DNA of 62,554 nt, the filler included, from Choristocarpus tenellus KU-1152 (lineage: Eukaryota > Protista > Phaeophyceae), in assembly GCA_964200185.2 (NCBI GenBank). It is 13 parts of 13 records of this genome, joined end to end, with 100 filler letters (N's around TTAATTAATTAA, not from the genome) between each part and the next. Parts side by side here need not be neighbours in the genome. Positions count along the whole stretch, not along the records: positions 10,920 to 18,397 come from CAXNAD020006094.1; positions 18,498 to 21,034 come from CAXNAD020026955.1; positions 21,135 to 25,304 come from CAXNAD020015864.1; 10 more parts are not named here. One strand, given 5' to 3'. Below, one piece after another: positions 12,968-24,990 of the stretch. Made by a program: the position numbers and the translations under genes. The notes under the pieces were generated by a model, which saw nothing but the letters and a program-made list of their open reading frames with translations, did no database searches and was not told the origin of the DNA. Position 1 is the first letter of the stretch; each line of letters opens with the position of its first letter.

Positions 12968-15900
12968 TCAGTATATCACAGAGACAGCATAGCGGCTAAA
13001 CACCAGGGCAATGAGGAAGAAGGCAGCCTGCTGTACTGGGCGAGTTACTAAATTTGTCAGAAAACTGACCATAGTAGTACGATGCTTGCGCAAGCCTTTG
13101 ACACACAATTTCACCTCCATGCTCCCAGGCCCACGAGTGCACAATGCCACCAAGGCAGTCCACAACTTGAGCATCTCCAGAACATAGTAGATCTGACCGA
13201 CCAGGCATAGTAACATGGTGAATTAGGCATGAATGTGGCCAGCTAGCCCTTTTCTGAGAAAGATGCGAGGTTGAGTTTATTTCAGTAAGAACAAGGTGTA
13301 CCTGGATGATCCACTCACAATATTATATAGTTTTTATCATTTCTCTGCATCTGCGTTTGCAACAAGGAGTGTAGTCCTTTTACCACCAATTAAGTAGATG
13401 GGGGGGAGGGTGGTAGACAGGACTGTGTGTGAGTGAGACATCCCCAACTTACCGCGTGTCCACCTCTGTCCCATAAGCCTGATGCTGGCTTGAGAGCATG
13501 TCGATTCTTACACTCTTTTCCCTTCAAGGTGCGGGAAGATCTGATATTATTACCAGTGGAGTCAGTGCAAACGCCGAAAAGGAATGGTTGGGCTTGGTGG
13601 TGAAAGGGGTGAACGAGTCCATCGATGAGGACTACCTCCAACCTGCTCACAGTTTTTCTGTGTTGACCCTTGAATAGAAATTAATCACTTTCTATTTACT
13701 TGCATACATTGGACAAATACAGACAGAAATCTGATTGACAAGATTTGAAGAAACCCCGATCTCAGAGTTGCTACATTACAAGCAGCAAGATCTGGAAGGC
13801 ATTGAAGGTCATTGTTGCCAAGACACACACATACTCTAGTTTTTCTGTACCACAAGCCTTGTAAAAAGCTATTCCTGTGTAGTTGTCTGATACCTATCGT
13901 CCTTCTCACATACTGATTTTGACACAAAACCAATAGTGCATACCTGTAATTTTCTACCATCCTCTCGTTTGTCTCGCAGTCGCTTCTTTTCAACGCCATC
14001 GCCCTTCCAGTTGAGCCCATCTGCAGGTATGTAACAGAGGGTGGCAAGAGTAACATCAAAGGGTTCAGAACAGGAGGTGCTGTCACGAAAGAAAAACACA
14101 ACTATATTTCTGCTCCCCCTTCAGACACACTCACACCAAATAAGTAATGTTTAAGGCAATAGGCACTGCAATAAAAAAACATTCCTCATTCACACATTTA
14201 AATACAAGAAGACATGCAATTCACCAAACGAGGCCAAACCTTCTCCCTAAGCAGCCCGTCCTGCACCAGTTCCCACAATCTCCATCCATACTTGTCCACT
14301 TCTGCTCCAGAGAGGGTAAACCCATTTTCCCCATCCTGAGAAGGGCAGTAGCATCAGGTGCATCTTTTTGTCAGCAGTCACTGCAATGGTTAATTGAATA
14401 GATGGAAGGGCATTCCGGAAATAAGTCAATGTAAAACTAACTGTACAGTCTCCTATTCTGTGGTGTTGGGGTATTGGCCACATCAACGCACCTGCACCAA
14501 ATGATCTCCGCATTCCCGGTTGACCAAGCATGGCAGTCCACTGGCCATGGCCTCCAAGGTAACCTTGCCAAATGTCTCGATCTGAGGCGCGCATTGGTAG
14601 ATAGGAAGGTAGTTTGGTCGAGCATTCTTTTAAGCAGCAGATGTTTGAAGAGGCAACGATAGGAAAAGAGGGTCAGAGGTCATCAAGAAAAAACAAGAAA
14701 AATACCTTGATCTAGATACATAATTCAATTCATGAAAAAACGTTTGTGTATCTAAGTTGTCTTGCTTGAGTTCAGGCAGACAGTGTGTGGAAGTCAATCG
14801 TTTTACAACTTAAAACAAGAAATGCACACTACATAACTACCAACCCCAAAACAAACGTGACCAACGATCTGGCCCCTGATTTCATTACCTACTCTCTTAC
14901 TTTGCTGGGGAACATGAACACATCGCATGATGCTATTAACGTTGCCAGCTCCTCTCCAGACTTCCATCCCATGTACATGACGCCCTCAACTCTTTCGAAC
15001 ATATGTCTTGCCTCTCCATCTCCCACACAGACTCCCACAACCTTACCCACCCTACCCCCACTTTCTGCCTTAGACGTTGCTGTTGCAAGACGCCCCTGCA
15101 CCTTCTTCAATGCCTGAGATCGATAATTGAGTGGGCCTCAGTTGTACGTGTGATGTATCATAGTAAGTGAAAAGCAAATTAAGTAATAGAAAGAACTATC
15201 GAAGGAGTAAGAGGCGTTACGGAAGGTTTTTCATTTATTCACAAACTTGCACTTTACAAACTCAGGCGATACAAAAAAACGTAAGGTTTACCTGAGACCG
15301 ATGATCCATCAAACTTGACCATTAAGAGCTCAAACACAGTAGTGTATGAAGGGTTATGTAATAAATAGTAGCTTCAAAAATCTTCAAAAACTCAACGAAA
15401 GATGGTGAGACTGCAGGCACAATTCTTGAGTGTCCTTAATCCTCTGGTGTAGGATTACTTTCTGTTAAGTTCTCATCCAGAGAGAAGTATTTGGACTACA
15501 CTAAACAGCCATTAAAATTAAGAAAACTATGCTGTCATTTGTTCTGAAATTCCTTGACATAACCTTCAATGTCACAACATGGTAGGAGTCCAAAGGTGAC
15601 CCAGAACCTCAACCTACGTAATATAATGTATCTGAGCCAAAGTATCTTAGAGGGTAGAGCCGCATCCATTTGAGGGTCAAAATCCAATGTTGCAATTTGA
15701 TGTAATTTTAGACACCATGTTTGTTAGTAAGTGTCAATATCTATATTTCGGACACACCTTTTCACAACATATACATTTTACCTACTCGGAAACATTTCGG
15801 AGTAGGAAAATGTCATAAAAACCCTATGGGAAACCAAGCCCCAAATGGACAAACAGGGCAAATCTCGTACCCTCTAAGATACTTTCACTCATCCCCAACC

Positions 15901-18100
15901 CCTAACCCCAACATCTCTTCTCCCATTACAAATCCACATTTCGTAAGCGCATGTGAACACACTTACCCGAAGCCACACATCAGGTCGCTTCTCTGCAACA
16001 AGGCGGCCAAGCCAGAGCACCGCCACATCTTGGGGAGCTAGACCCATCTTGACTCGAAGAGATTCATCTCGATTTTCCGGGGAGAAAAGACAGGCATCTA
16101 CCCCCCTTCCCCACACACCCAACTCTGTGTCCCAGTTCTCTTTCAGCAACTTAGTCCTCATAAACTCAGTCTGAGTTTGTGCAGCAGCAGCCAATCGGGA
16201 ACAGGGTTGAGCACTAGGGGTTTAAGATCTAATAAAGGAGGAGATACATTAAAGCCATGGACGACCGGAAAGGATTGCATAACTTGGGTTGTGTAGAGGG
16301 CATGATGAAACAAGGAGCAGGTTGACGCATTTAGTCTGATTCTAGATTAGAGTTTTTTCCAGGAAGGACAGCATGTGGCCGTAGGTATGGGAGCACGGAT
16401 AAATCAGTTCACTAAAAGAACAATTTCCATCAAGAACCTTGCAGAAGATCACCCCTTCTGGCACCAATGTTACGAAAAATGATACGAGGCTGATGAGAGC
16501 ATAGCCAACCTATAGACCACGTGATTGGTTATGTAGCCTTGGTTTTGCTGCACTGCACATAGTTTCGTGTGCACTTCTGCCAAATTTAGTGTCCAATAAT
16601 AAGACCAGCAACCGAATTGCGACAGATATTGTCCTTTGAAGTAATGTAAGTTCCGATTTTCCAGTTGTAGTACTCATTAGGCGATACGGCAACAATACTA
16701 TTCCACTATAAATGTTCAAAAAAGAATTGTACCCTGCCAGGGCAAAATGACGTATGACATAAGGAGTAAGGGAAGGTGCCCACTTACCGGCACGTACACG
16801 GTAGGACACAAGCCGTACAGGTATCTCTGAAAAGACGATGCAAGCCATGTTGCCTGTGACCGACTGAGAGAATCCGTAGGGAGATGGGAATGGGTAGACT
16901 TGAGGCCGGCAACAGGTTCAGGAGTGATGTCGTGGGTGATTGGAGAAGAGCTAAGGGATTCAAGGGGTGTGGTCGGGCTTGTTCGAAAGGAAAAAGAGTA
17001 TTTCGAGTCATTGCATTTGTTTACTTCTGCGACTGGATTTACTTGGTACTGAACTACGAATTGAGCAGTATGAATAGAGGGCTGGGAAGAGCATGCCCAT
17101 TTTTGCCACAACTACCAACATCGCATAGTAGAATCTTTATGGTGTTTATGCAAGGCAAAACCCTGAATAGAAAGTTGCTTCTCTCCAACATATCCATTTT
17201 TGACGTTTCTAAGCACAATTCTGAAGGACAAATTGTTCGTAAGAAACTGCTGCTGATACACTGTATACACCTCCAGTCATTCAACATGAATTTCAGTGTG
17301 GGATTACCTTTTGCGAAAACACCGCGCTTTTAGGTCGAATCAAACGTACAGTAAGAATTACACCTATGCTTCGCGCGCCGGTCAATGCTTGCACTTAGAC
17401 CGATGCTAAACTCACGCTGACTGACTGTAGAAGTCTAGCAGCTCCTCGAAGTTGGTGTGGAGTGTAGCGGTCAGCACACACTCCGGCTGTTCCCACAGAG
17501 CCCATCTAATTATCTGTTGGAAGAAACCGACATGAACACCGTCGAGGAAAGGGTACTAGGGCGAGTGGGGATGGAGACTGAGGGCGTGATACGAAAGTTT
17601 TCTCTCGGTAAATAATCAAGGATTGATAGAGACATTTTCATACCTTGTCGCGACTGTACACTTGTGGTGACTGGGTTTCTACGTAATGAGTTTTCAACAC
17701 AGGGGGGCTTCAAAACCGTCTGTGTGTTACGTGTGAGACTTACCGACAACGCAGCCATGTCGGGGTTGGTAATGTGCACCACAGTTGGCTTAAACGAATC
17801 CATTGCTCTCCTCGTTTCCTCATTCAAGAATAGCCCCATGTAATAATCGGACCCAGGTACAGGCACAAGGCCACCTGTCGTCCTTAAAATGCGCGTCCCA
17901 TCGTGAGCCTTCTCGAACGAGTTCACCTTTACCTGCGAAGGAGAGTCTGATGTGACGATTATCACAGAACCACCATCTCCGAGCAAATGCCGAACGAGTC
18001 CTCGTATCGTCAGGGTAACTCCATCAATCTTGAAAAACGAGGCGCAATAGAACACAACCCTCTCCCCATTCCCCTTACGCACACGATCGAGGGCTGACAT
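12968..18100 (-). CDS. GT4 family glycosyltransferase (SQD2/PimB/MgtA-like), multi-exon
   Basis: Exons give IDGVTLTI, FKPTVVHITNPD, ATLHTNF (17416-17513), WGRGVD..LFSP, LWLGRLVAEKRPD, VGDGEAR, ASCDVFMFPS and IETFGKVTLEAMASGLP (EX7E motif, ~14492-14581). The last two exons (~13453-13642, 12968-13191) are less certain. Confidence 0.88.
15634..15890 (+). mobile_element. Full-length MITE family A (257 bp) inside a GT4 intron
   Basis: TIRs GAGCCAAAGTATCTTAGAGGGTA / TACCCTCTAAGATACTTTCACTC; flanks ATCT/ATCC; homologous to 33520-33781 and 49212-49465. Confidence 0.88.
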
Positions 18101-18263
18101 GGCACTTGCAACCTGCAGTAGTGGGTGACCCAGTAGGTCGAAAGTTAGATAATATGCCAGTACTCGTTCGAAGGTTGGATGCCTTTTATAATTATTATTA
18201 TCTGATAACTGTCGTAGTGTAGAACTTCTCTAATATATCTGGTGTATCTAATAACATTTTAAA

Positions 18264-18397
18264 AATGAATCTTCGCCTCATCCATCAATGAATCCTCGCC
18301 TCATCCATCAATGAATCCTCGCCTCATCCATCAATGAATCCTCGCCTCATCCATCAATGAATCCTCGCCTCATCCATCAATGAATCCTCGCCTCATC
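18264..18397. repeat. 23-bp minisatellite AATGAATCCTCGCCTCATCCATC, at least 5.8 copies, running into the scaffold end
   Basis: Direct head-to-tail repeats with no spacers. Confidence 0.95.
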
Positions 18398-19074
18398 NNN
18401 NNNNNNNNNNNNNNNNNNNNNNNNNNNNNNNNNNNNNNNNNTTAATTAATTAANNNNNNNNNNNNNNNNNNNNNNNNNNNNNNNNNNNNNNNNNNNNCAC
18501 CCCCCCCACACCACCACCATCCAGTATCCCCCATATGCAAGTGAATTTATAGGCACACAAGCAAGTTCATGGTGCAGAAATGATCCAATATTATGGGATT
18601 GCAAGGAAATTTCCAGAGAAATGTAGTGGATATATATATATGTAAAGGATAGATGTGCACAGGCAAGGAGGTGTTGTTGTCATTTGTCATAGCTGTGACG
18701 CAGATGAAGTCATCCCTCCTAAAATCCAACGTATCTTCTCTTGTGAAAAAAACACTCCTCTATTATGGAACAGTCCTAGAGAGTGACAGTCACTTCTATC
18801 ATAACCTATCTTGTTGCAAGGTCGTTACAACTGCAACAGCCTGACTCAATCGATTGCACGAGGGCAAGGTGCACTGAAAACCATATTGCAACATAGGAGG
18901 CACTGTGAACGAGACTGCCAATAAAAAAACAAAAAAAGGTCAAATCACCAACAGCTAATGTACAACTATATTTCAAATATAGAAACACTACTTACACCCC
19001 AAACCCACGCCACCCCCAACACATATCAAATATTTTACCTGATGAAATACTCACTCGCCTTCCTCTATTTGGCA

Positions 19075-19186
19075 ACACACACATACACACACACACATCC
19101 ATACATACACACATGCACACACACATACACACACACACATCCATCCATACACACATGCACACACACATACACACAGTCACACACAC
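19075..19186. repeat. (CA)n-like microsatellite in an intron
   Basis: ACACACACATACACAC… tract directly next to the LRR exon donor. Confidence 0.85.
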
Positions 19187-21034
19187 CTCAAGGTTAGTAA
19201 GGGCAGCCAGCGCCCTCATGCCCACATCTCCAACCTCACAAGAGTCGAGATTCAGGGAAGTGAGTCCCCCTGCCAATTGCGCTATTTGACTAACCTGTAC
19301 AATTCGGAGGTGGCATCGTGAAATGTGGTTGGAGAGCAATACAGGTGCCAGATAGGGGGTTGGAAATAGCATGTATTAGACACATCAATACAGCTCAGAG
19401 AGGGGCCTGATACTGGGCACGTGTAGGGACTCACTCCATCAGTCCAAGAGGAAGGGGATAGACCAAAGAAACTTTACACAAACAAACACACAACACAGAC
19501 TCGAGAGGACAGAGCATTTCGTTTTCAAAGCAGAAAGCTGGGAAATCTTCTATGAACTCTCATGTTTTGTAGGGGATGGTAAAAGTCCAGAAAGCAACTG
19601 TCTTTCACAATGGCAAGCTCCTATAGGTCTATTTGAATCCATTGTAAAGGTCCTGGGAAGATCTTTTGACGGCCTATTTGAATGGAACTATCAAACACAG
19701 TACACCGTAGTGCATTGTAGTTGAGGTAATAACAAACACAACTCTCCTTCACAAAAATCAATATATATATATATATACAAAATCGTAATTAAATCATAAT
19801 TAAATCATAATTAAATCATATAATTAAACAATAATTAAATCCACAGCGAAAACAACAAAATCACCTTACCGGGGATGAATTATCCTGGTATAGTGCATAC
19901 CACTGCACTAGCAACTTCTCAGCAAAATCCTGTGAGTGTGTTCACCCACCAAACCCAAGCGCCCAAGCACCCAATCCAAACTTCCAGCTCAGGCCACAAC
20001 CTCTGAAATGTCATCCAAACTGAATTCACTTTATGCATAGACTGCTCTGTTCAAAATAGTTCTAGGCAGTCATACGCTAACACACACAGGGTAAATGGGC
20101 TGCACACCAACAAATCAACCCCAACTCCCCTTCCTCCTCTCCTCCATACTACTACCTTCTGTCTCGCCGCAATCACAACCAGCAGGTATGTAGGGAGTGG
20201 AAGGGGACATACCACAGGAGGCATGAAAGCTCACCTTCTGTTTTTTTACAAGCAGGGAAAATATCTCTAGCCCTAACCCTAAGCCCGGTTGCGGAAATGG
20301 TGAGACAAAATAACCCCACCTAATCCACTCCACACACGCCCTTCCACCTCTACAAACTCCATCCACAACTACAACTCTGTTGGATGATATAATTCGCAAA
20401 CAAATAAGAACTAGCAAAAAATACACAACCCTAACCCTTACACACACAGGCTATCAACACTTGCTCCTCCTATATACCCTCTGAAGCAAAAATACCTACA
20501 AACATGTTCATATCTATGTATAGGTATATGATGTACTACCAGACTATAAAAAGGTCCTTGTACGTATGACAAATTCTCACTCACTGCACATGTTAACCCC
20601 TCCCAACCTGTTGGCAAACCCTATTTTAGAGCCAGTTTCCTCTCATGCCGCAAAGAGTAGGGCGGGCACAAGAGAACGCCTGCAATCTCACCAATCCCAT
20701 GGTTTCACATCTATACCCACCTGGGTGCCAGACTGGTTCAATCTCACCTACTATACCTACTATACCTACATACACAGGTGAGTGTCGCAAGTTCAACCCC
20801 TTCGCCTGCACCCGACCTTGGAAGGAGTTTCTCATGTGTGCTGCCTTTGAAAACACCATTTGATACTGAAAACACCGACCTGCTATGTGGAAAATTAATT
20901 GCCTCTTCCTAAAATAAAAATGCCTTGGCTTCCACCATTCCACGAACGCAGATACAACACACACCCTCCCCCCTCCCCCCCGCCCTCCGCATCTCTTAAT
21001 GGACTCACCACGGCATCAGACACCCTTGTGCATG
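19187..21034 (-). CDS. Leucine-rich-repeat protein, internal exons (19187-19294 and ~21009-21034)
   Basis: VSQIAQLAGGLTSLNLDSCEVGDVGMRALAALTNLE bounded by cag/gt; CTRVSDAV|gtgagt at the scaffold edge. Confidence 0.7.
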
Positions 21035-22064
21035 NNNNNNNNNNNNNNNNNNNNNNNNNNNNNNNNNNNNNNNNNNNNTTAATTAATTAANNNNNNNNNN
21101 NNNNNNNNNNNNNNNNNNNNNNNNNNNNNNNNNNCTGTCCTCCTGTGGGTCTTCCCGCTCCCCTTCATTACGAAGAACCTGTCGGCTGTTTCCACCTGTT
21201 TCACGATCGGACATTTTACCGATCGGACATTTTTAGTTGCAATCAATTTTCTTCAAAAAATACGATTGATAAGTACATGTTTTTTTGAAGAGGACTGTTC
21301 CTACAAAAAAAATGACCTATCCTTAATTTCTTCTTGAGCATATATATTCAAACATATCAGCGTTGAATAAAATTTGTCTATATTCCAAATACTAAATTTA
21401 TCGGTAGCTCTGTTTTCTCTAGTCTTATTCCAATAGTTATGCCATAAAGATTATGGGATTTCAGGATTGTGACAAATTGTACTTTCTCCATTCTTTCCTA
21501 GCTTGGTTCATTGTTGTAGTTCTTGAATTCACCACCCCCACCACTGCTCCCTCCATGTCGTCCCTCCAATCATATCTTTGACCCTCCTCAAAGTGTCTAC
21601 ATTATTATTATTATCTACATTGATCTTGCCCCAACGTTTAGGTGGTATTAGTGCAGAAAGAAAAATGAAGGATAGTAGAGGACTAAAATAGTAGAGGACC
21701 ATCTGAACTAGCGTTCTGTGAAAAGAAGTCCATGTGACGTTTTTATCCAATGAACGGTATGATATTCGTTTCACATGTCAGATAAGGGTTCCAATTGTTT
21801 GGATGAATTATTGCGTCGGCAATAGCATAACATGAAGAAACAGAAAAATTCATATCCAAAGTTTTTGTTCTACGTGAAATATGGACAAATGTACGATAAT
21901 TTTACAGTGAAAACCAGTCTATATGTGTGATCATATTGTTACACATCCAAGTCATTGTTCATGACGTTGTCCCTTTTTTGTCTGAAGTGATTTTTTGAAA
22001 TAGCCAAATATTAGCTATGGTATAGAAGATAGAAGTGACGAATTCCAATACAAACTTCTTGACA

Positions 22065-23117
22065 ATGAATGTTGACTTTCAACCACCCTTCAAACTCATC
22101 ATGGACTTGGCGTCAGACCGAAAGCGGTGGGTGGATGATAATGTGACACCCTTTCGCACTGCTGAGTACTGCCTCCAACGTAATCACGATGCGTTGCGGT
22201 ACGTCATCGATCACACTTCGCCTAGTTCATTCATCTTCGTGGCAGGAGTATCTCGACGATGGAAACAGACCTGGCTTGAGAGTCGCTCTGCCACGACTAG
22301 CATAGTCTCTGCTTCTCAGTCAGTATCCCGCTTAGCTTGGGCAAAGAACTGCGGTTGTCCCTGGAATGAGGCTATATGTGCCAAGGCAGCCGAGAGGGGT
22401 GACCTGGGGGTACTGGCCTACGCAAGGGCAAATAATTGCCCATGGAATGCACTGACCTGTTCTAATGCCGCCAAGGAGGGGCACCTGGATACCTTGAAGT
22501 GGGCCAAAGCAAAAGGTTGTCCGTGGGATGCGAGGACATGTTCCTTTGCTGCAGGAGGAGGGCACCTTGAGATACTGAAGTGGGCGAAGGCCAACAATTG
22601 CTCATGGGGTACAGGCACGTGTTCCCGTGCTGCACGAGGGGGGCACCTGGATGCCTTGAAATGGGCGAGGGCAAAGGATTGTCCTTGGGATGGAATGACC
22701 TATTGCTTTGCAGCTTTTGGGGGACATCTGGACACTTTGAGATGGGCCAAGGCCAACGGATGTCCATGGGATGGTGGGCCTTGGAACGGAGGAATATGCG
22801 CACATGCTGCGGAAGGAGGGCACTTGGAAATATTAAAGTGGGCAAGGACGAATGGTTGCTCGTGGGATGCGAGAACCTGCGCAGCTGCTGCTTTGAATGG
22901 GCATCTGGAAATACTGATCTGGGCGTGGATCAATAAGTGTCCGTGGGATCCAAGAACCTGTCAATGTGCTGCTATAGGGGGCCACCTCCAAATTTTAAAG
23001 TGGGCCAGGGCCAATGGCTGCCCTTGGGATAGGTGGACCTGTTCATCTGCCGTTGATAATGGTCATCTAGACATCTTACAATGGGCAAGGTCCAACAACT
23101 GCCCTTGCTTGATTTGA
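22065..23117 (+). CDS. Intronless ankyrin-repeat protein of the GHLEILKWARANGCPWD type
   Basis: About nine ~27-aa repeats (CxxAAxGGHLExLKWARANGCPWD) after an N-terminal segment FIFVAGVSRRWKQTW; first in-frame ATG at 22065. Confidence 0.92.
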   Translation: MNVDFQPPFKLIMDLASDRKRWVDDNVTPFRTAEYCLQRNHDALRYVIDHTSPSSFIFVAGVSRRWKQTWLESRSATTSIVSASQSVSRLAWAKNCGCPWNEAICAKAAERGDLGVLAYARANNCPWNALTCSNAAKEGHLDTLKWAKAKGCPWDARTCSFAAGGGHLEILKWAKANNCSWGTGTCSRAARGGHLDALKWARAKDCPWDGMTYCFAAFGGHLDTLRWAKANGCPWDGGPWNGGICAHAAEGGHLEILKWARTNGCSWDARTCAAAALNGHLEILIWAWINKCPWDPRTCQCAAIGGHLQILKWARANGCPWDRWTCSSAVDNGHLDILQWARSNNCPCLI

Positions 23118-24339
23118 TGTGTACGTTTAACTCTCAAAATGGAGCTTATGATGCCCTCTTTCCACTGGAGGTGTCGCACGTAGATTGTCGTGATGTTGCC
23201 CAGTCATTGCCATGATAGGTTGACTTGTTTCTGAGTTTAACGTGTTATACTTCGTCTATTTTGGGCGGGGGAATTTGTAGCAAGTATTCACCTTGAGTAT
23301 GGCCGTACTACAGGTAGATTACCATACGTACGCACATTTCTCTGGGTGTCCTCTTTTCTTCCGACATCCCCTTCAGTAGCGAACATCTGGTCAAAAACCC
23401 TGGGATGTATATTTACACATCTCTTGATCCCCCGAATTTGTCACATTTGATGACCGAATAATATTTTCCCCACCCTAGTATTGATGATGTTGACAAGTCG
23501 ACATACTACAGGGAATGATGGATTTCGCAGCGACCTACTTCTTGTTGCAGGACTGAGCTTGAGAGTTTCTGGCTTATGGTGACTGCAGTGTTGTAGCACC
23601 ACCCAGGCCATTTTAGTTGAGGCGTCCATGTTCGACCTCTCCTGTATGTATCAAAATACAAGGTGGTGTGGTCAGGGCAACAATCGCACAATGTCCCTTT
23701 TCCTACATCCTACTAACTCAGTCTAGGTTGTATGCATGGAGTTTTGAGTGCTTGAGTAATGTGCAGTTGATGGTAATGATACGATTTTGATCTCCTTTCT
23801 ACGTTTGCTTCATACTCGAATTACATCATTTCTATCAAGATTACCCAAGAGAATTAACACTATTTTGCAGTCCTCGAGTTATTGAATCTTTCACTAAGTG
23901 AATGTGCAGCACCAATCCCCTTTCATTTCTTGCCTGTGACCAAGGATCTTCAAAGCCAACAATTGATGCAACAGACTGACTTGTTGAAACATATATTTCG
24001 ACAGGGTGGGGGAAGGTTGGGGACAAAACGCTAAGGTAATGGCTTCTTTGCATCGTTGTTGTACTTCTCAATTAACCCATCCAATTCCACTGCGAGAAAC
24101 ATCTCCTAGTTTCGATGTTCATATTGAAAGCAATCACCAGAGATTGAGCTCTCTAAGAGTATTTTTTTGAACGGAATCTTTTGTTCAGGTAAGGGGTGAT
24201 GCGTTGCTCACAGCAGGAAAGTGCCCGAAAATATTTATGCTCAAAGATGCTGTATAGGGTTTTTTATTTGTTCAAATCACAACAGAGTACAACGTAATAT
24301 ATTTAGCACAATTTGAAGGGTACTTTGAGCAGTAGTAGT

Positions 24340-24990
24340 GTTGAATATTATTGACCAGCATGCCTCCCCCATCTATCCAATTGTTTAAAGTTTTTTTTTG
24401 GACAGAAATAATCTTGATCTCAGTTTGGATTGTCGGGGTACTGTCCAACACTTTCAAACAGTTGAGAGAGTCATCAACAAACGAAGAGATTCTTACTAGT
24501 GGCATAGATGTTCTGGCTTATTGTTTAGGGAAGTATTACTATTGTGGGAACGGTGCAGGATGAATTAAAAAAACTTAATTGTTATCGATCGAGGATCTAC
24601 CTTATATGTATCAAAAGTATATTGGAGAGGTACCATGACTTGTCCAGGTATTAAAGGACTCGGACTTACTTGCCAGTGCACACGCTCAGCTGGATATCAA
24701 ACACAGATAGATATTGTAGAAAGTCTATTAAAATTTAGTATATATTTATTGTCGGGAAATGTATACATTCCGCAAGGTCAGAACTCAGATGACCAAGAAG
24801 ACCCGACCACATTTTACCTTTAAAATTAGGAAAGTGTGTAGATAGAAAACGATGTCTTAAGAGAGTTAAGGTAAATGAGAGTTGCCCAGAGTTCATTTCA
24901 ATGATGACGCCAACTATGTGCCAAATTCGGGTTCATAACAAACGCGTATATGACATTTTCTGAGTTGTGAGGAAAATATTGAAAAACCGG
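24340..24990 (+). pseudogene. Possible highly decayed PIF/Harbinger transposase
   Basis: Ordered but interrupted look-alikes of Harbinger motifs: VGVLSNTF (FGVSxST), NGAG*IKKT (CIGAIDGT), ERYHD (PGxxHD), LSGNVY (LGDSAY), HFN…MCQIRVHNKRVYDI…RKIL (FN…RxxVExAFG…RxxIL). Weak. Confidence 0.3.

Noticed and set aside
22332-22936. Several overlapping ORFs inside the ankyrin gene
   Set aside because: They are shadow frames of a repetitive coding sequence.
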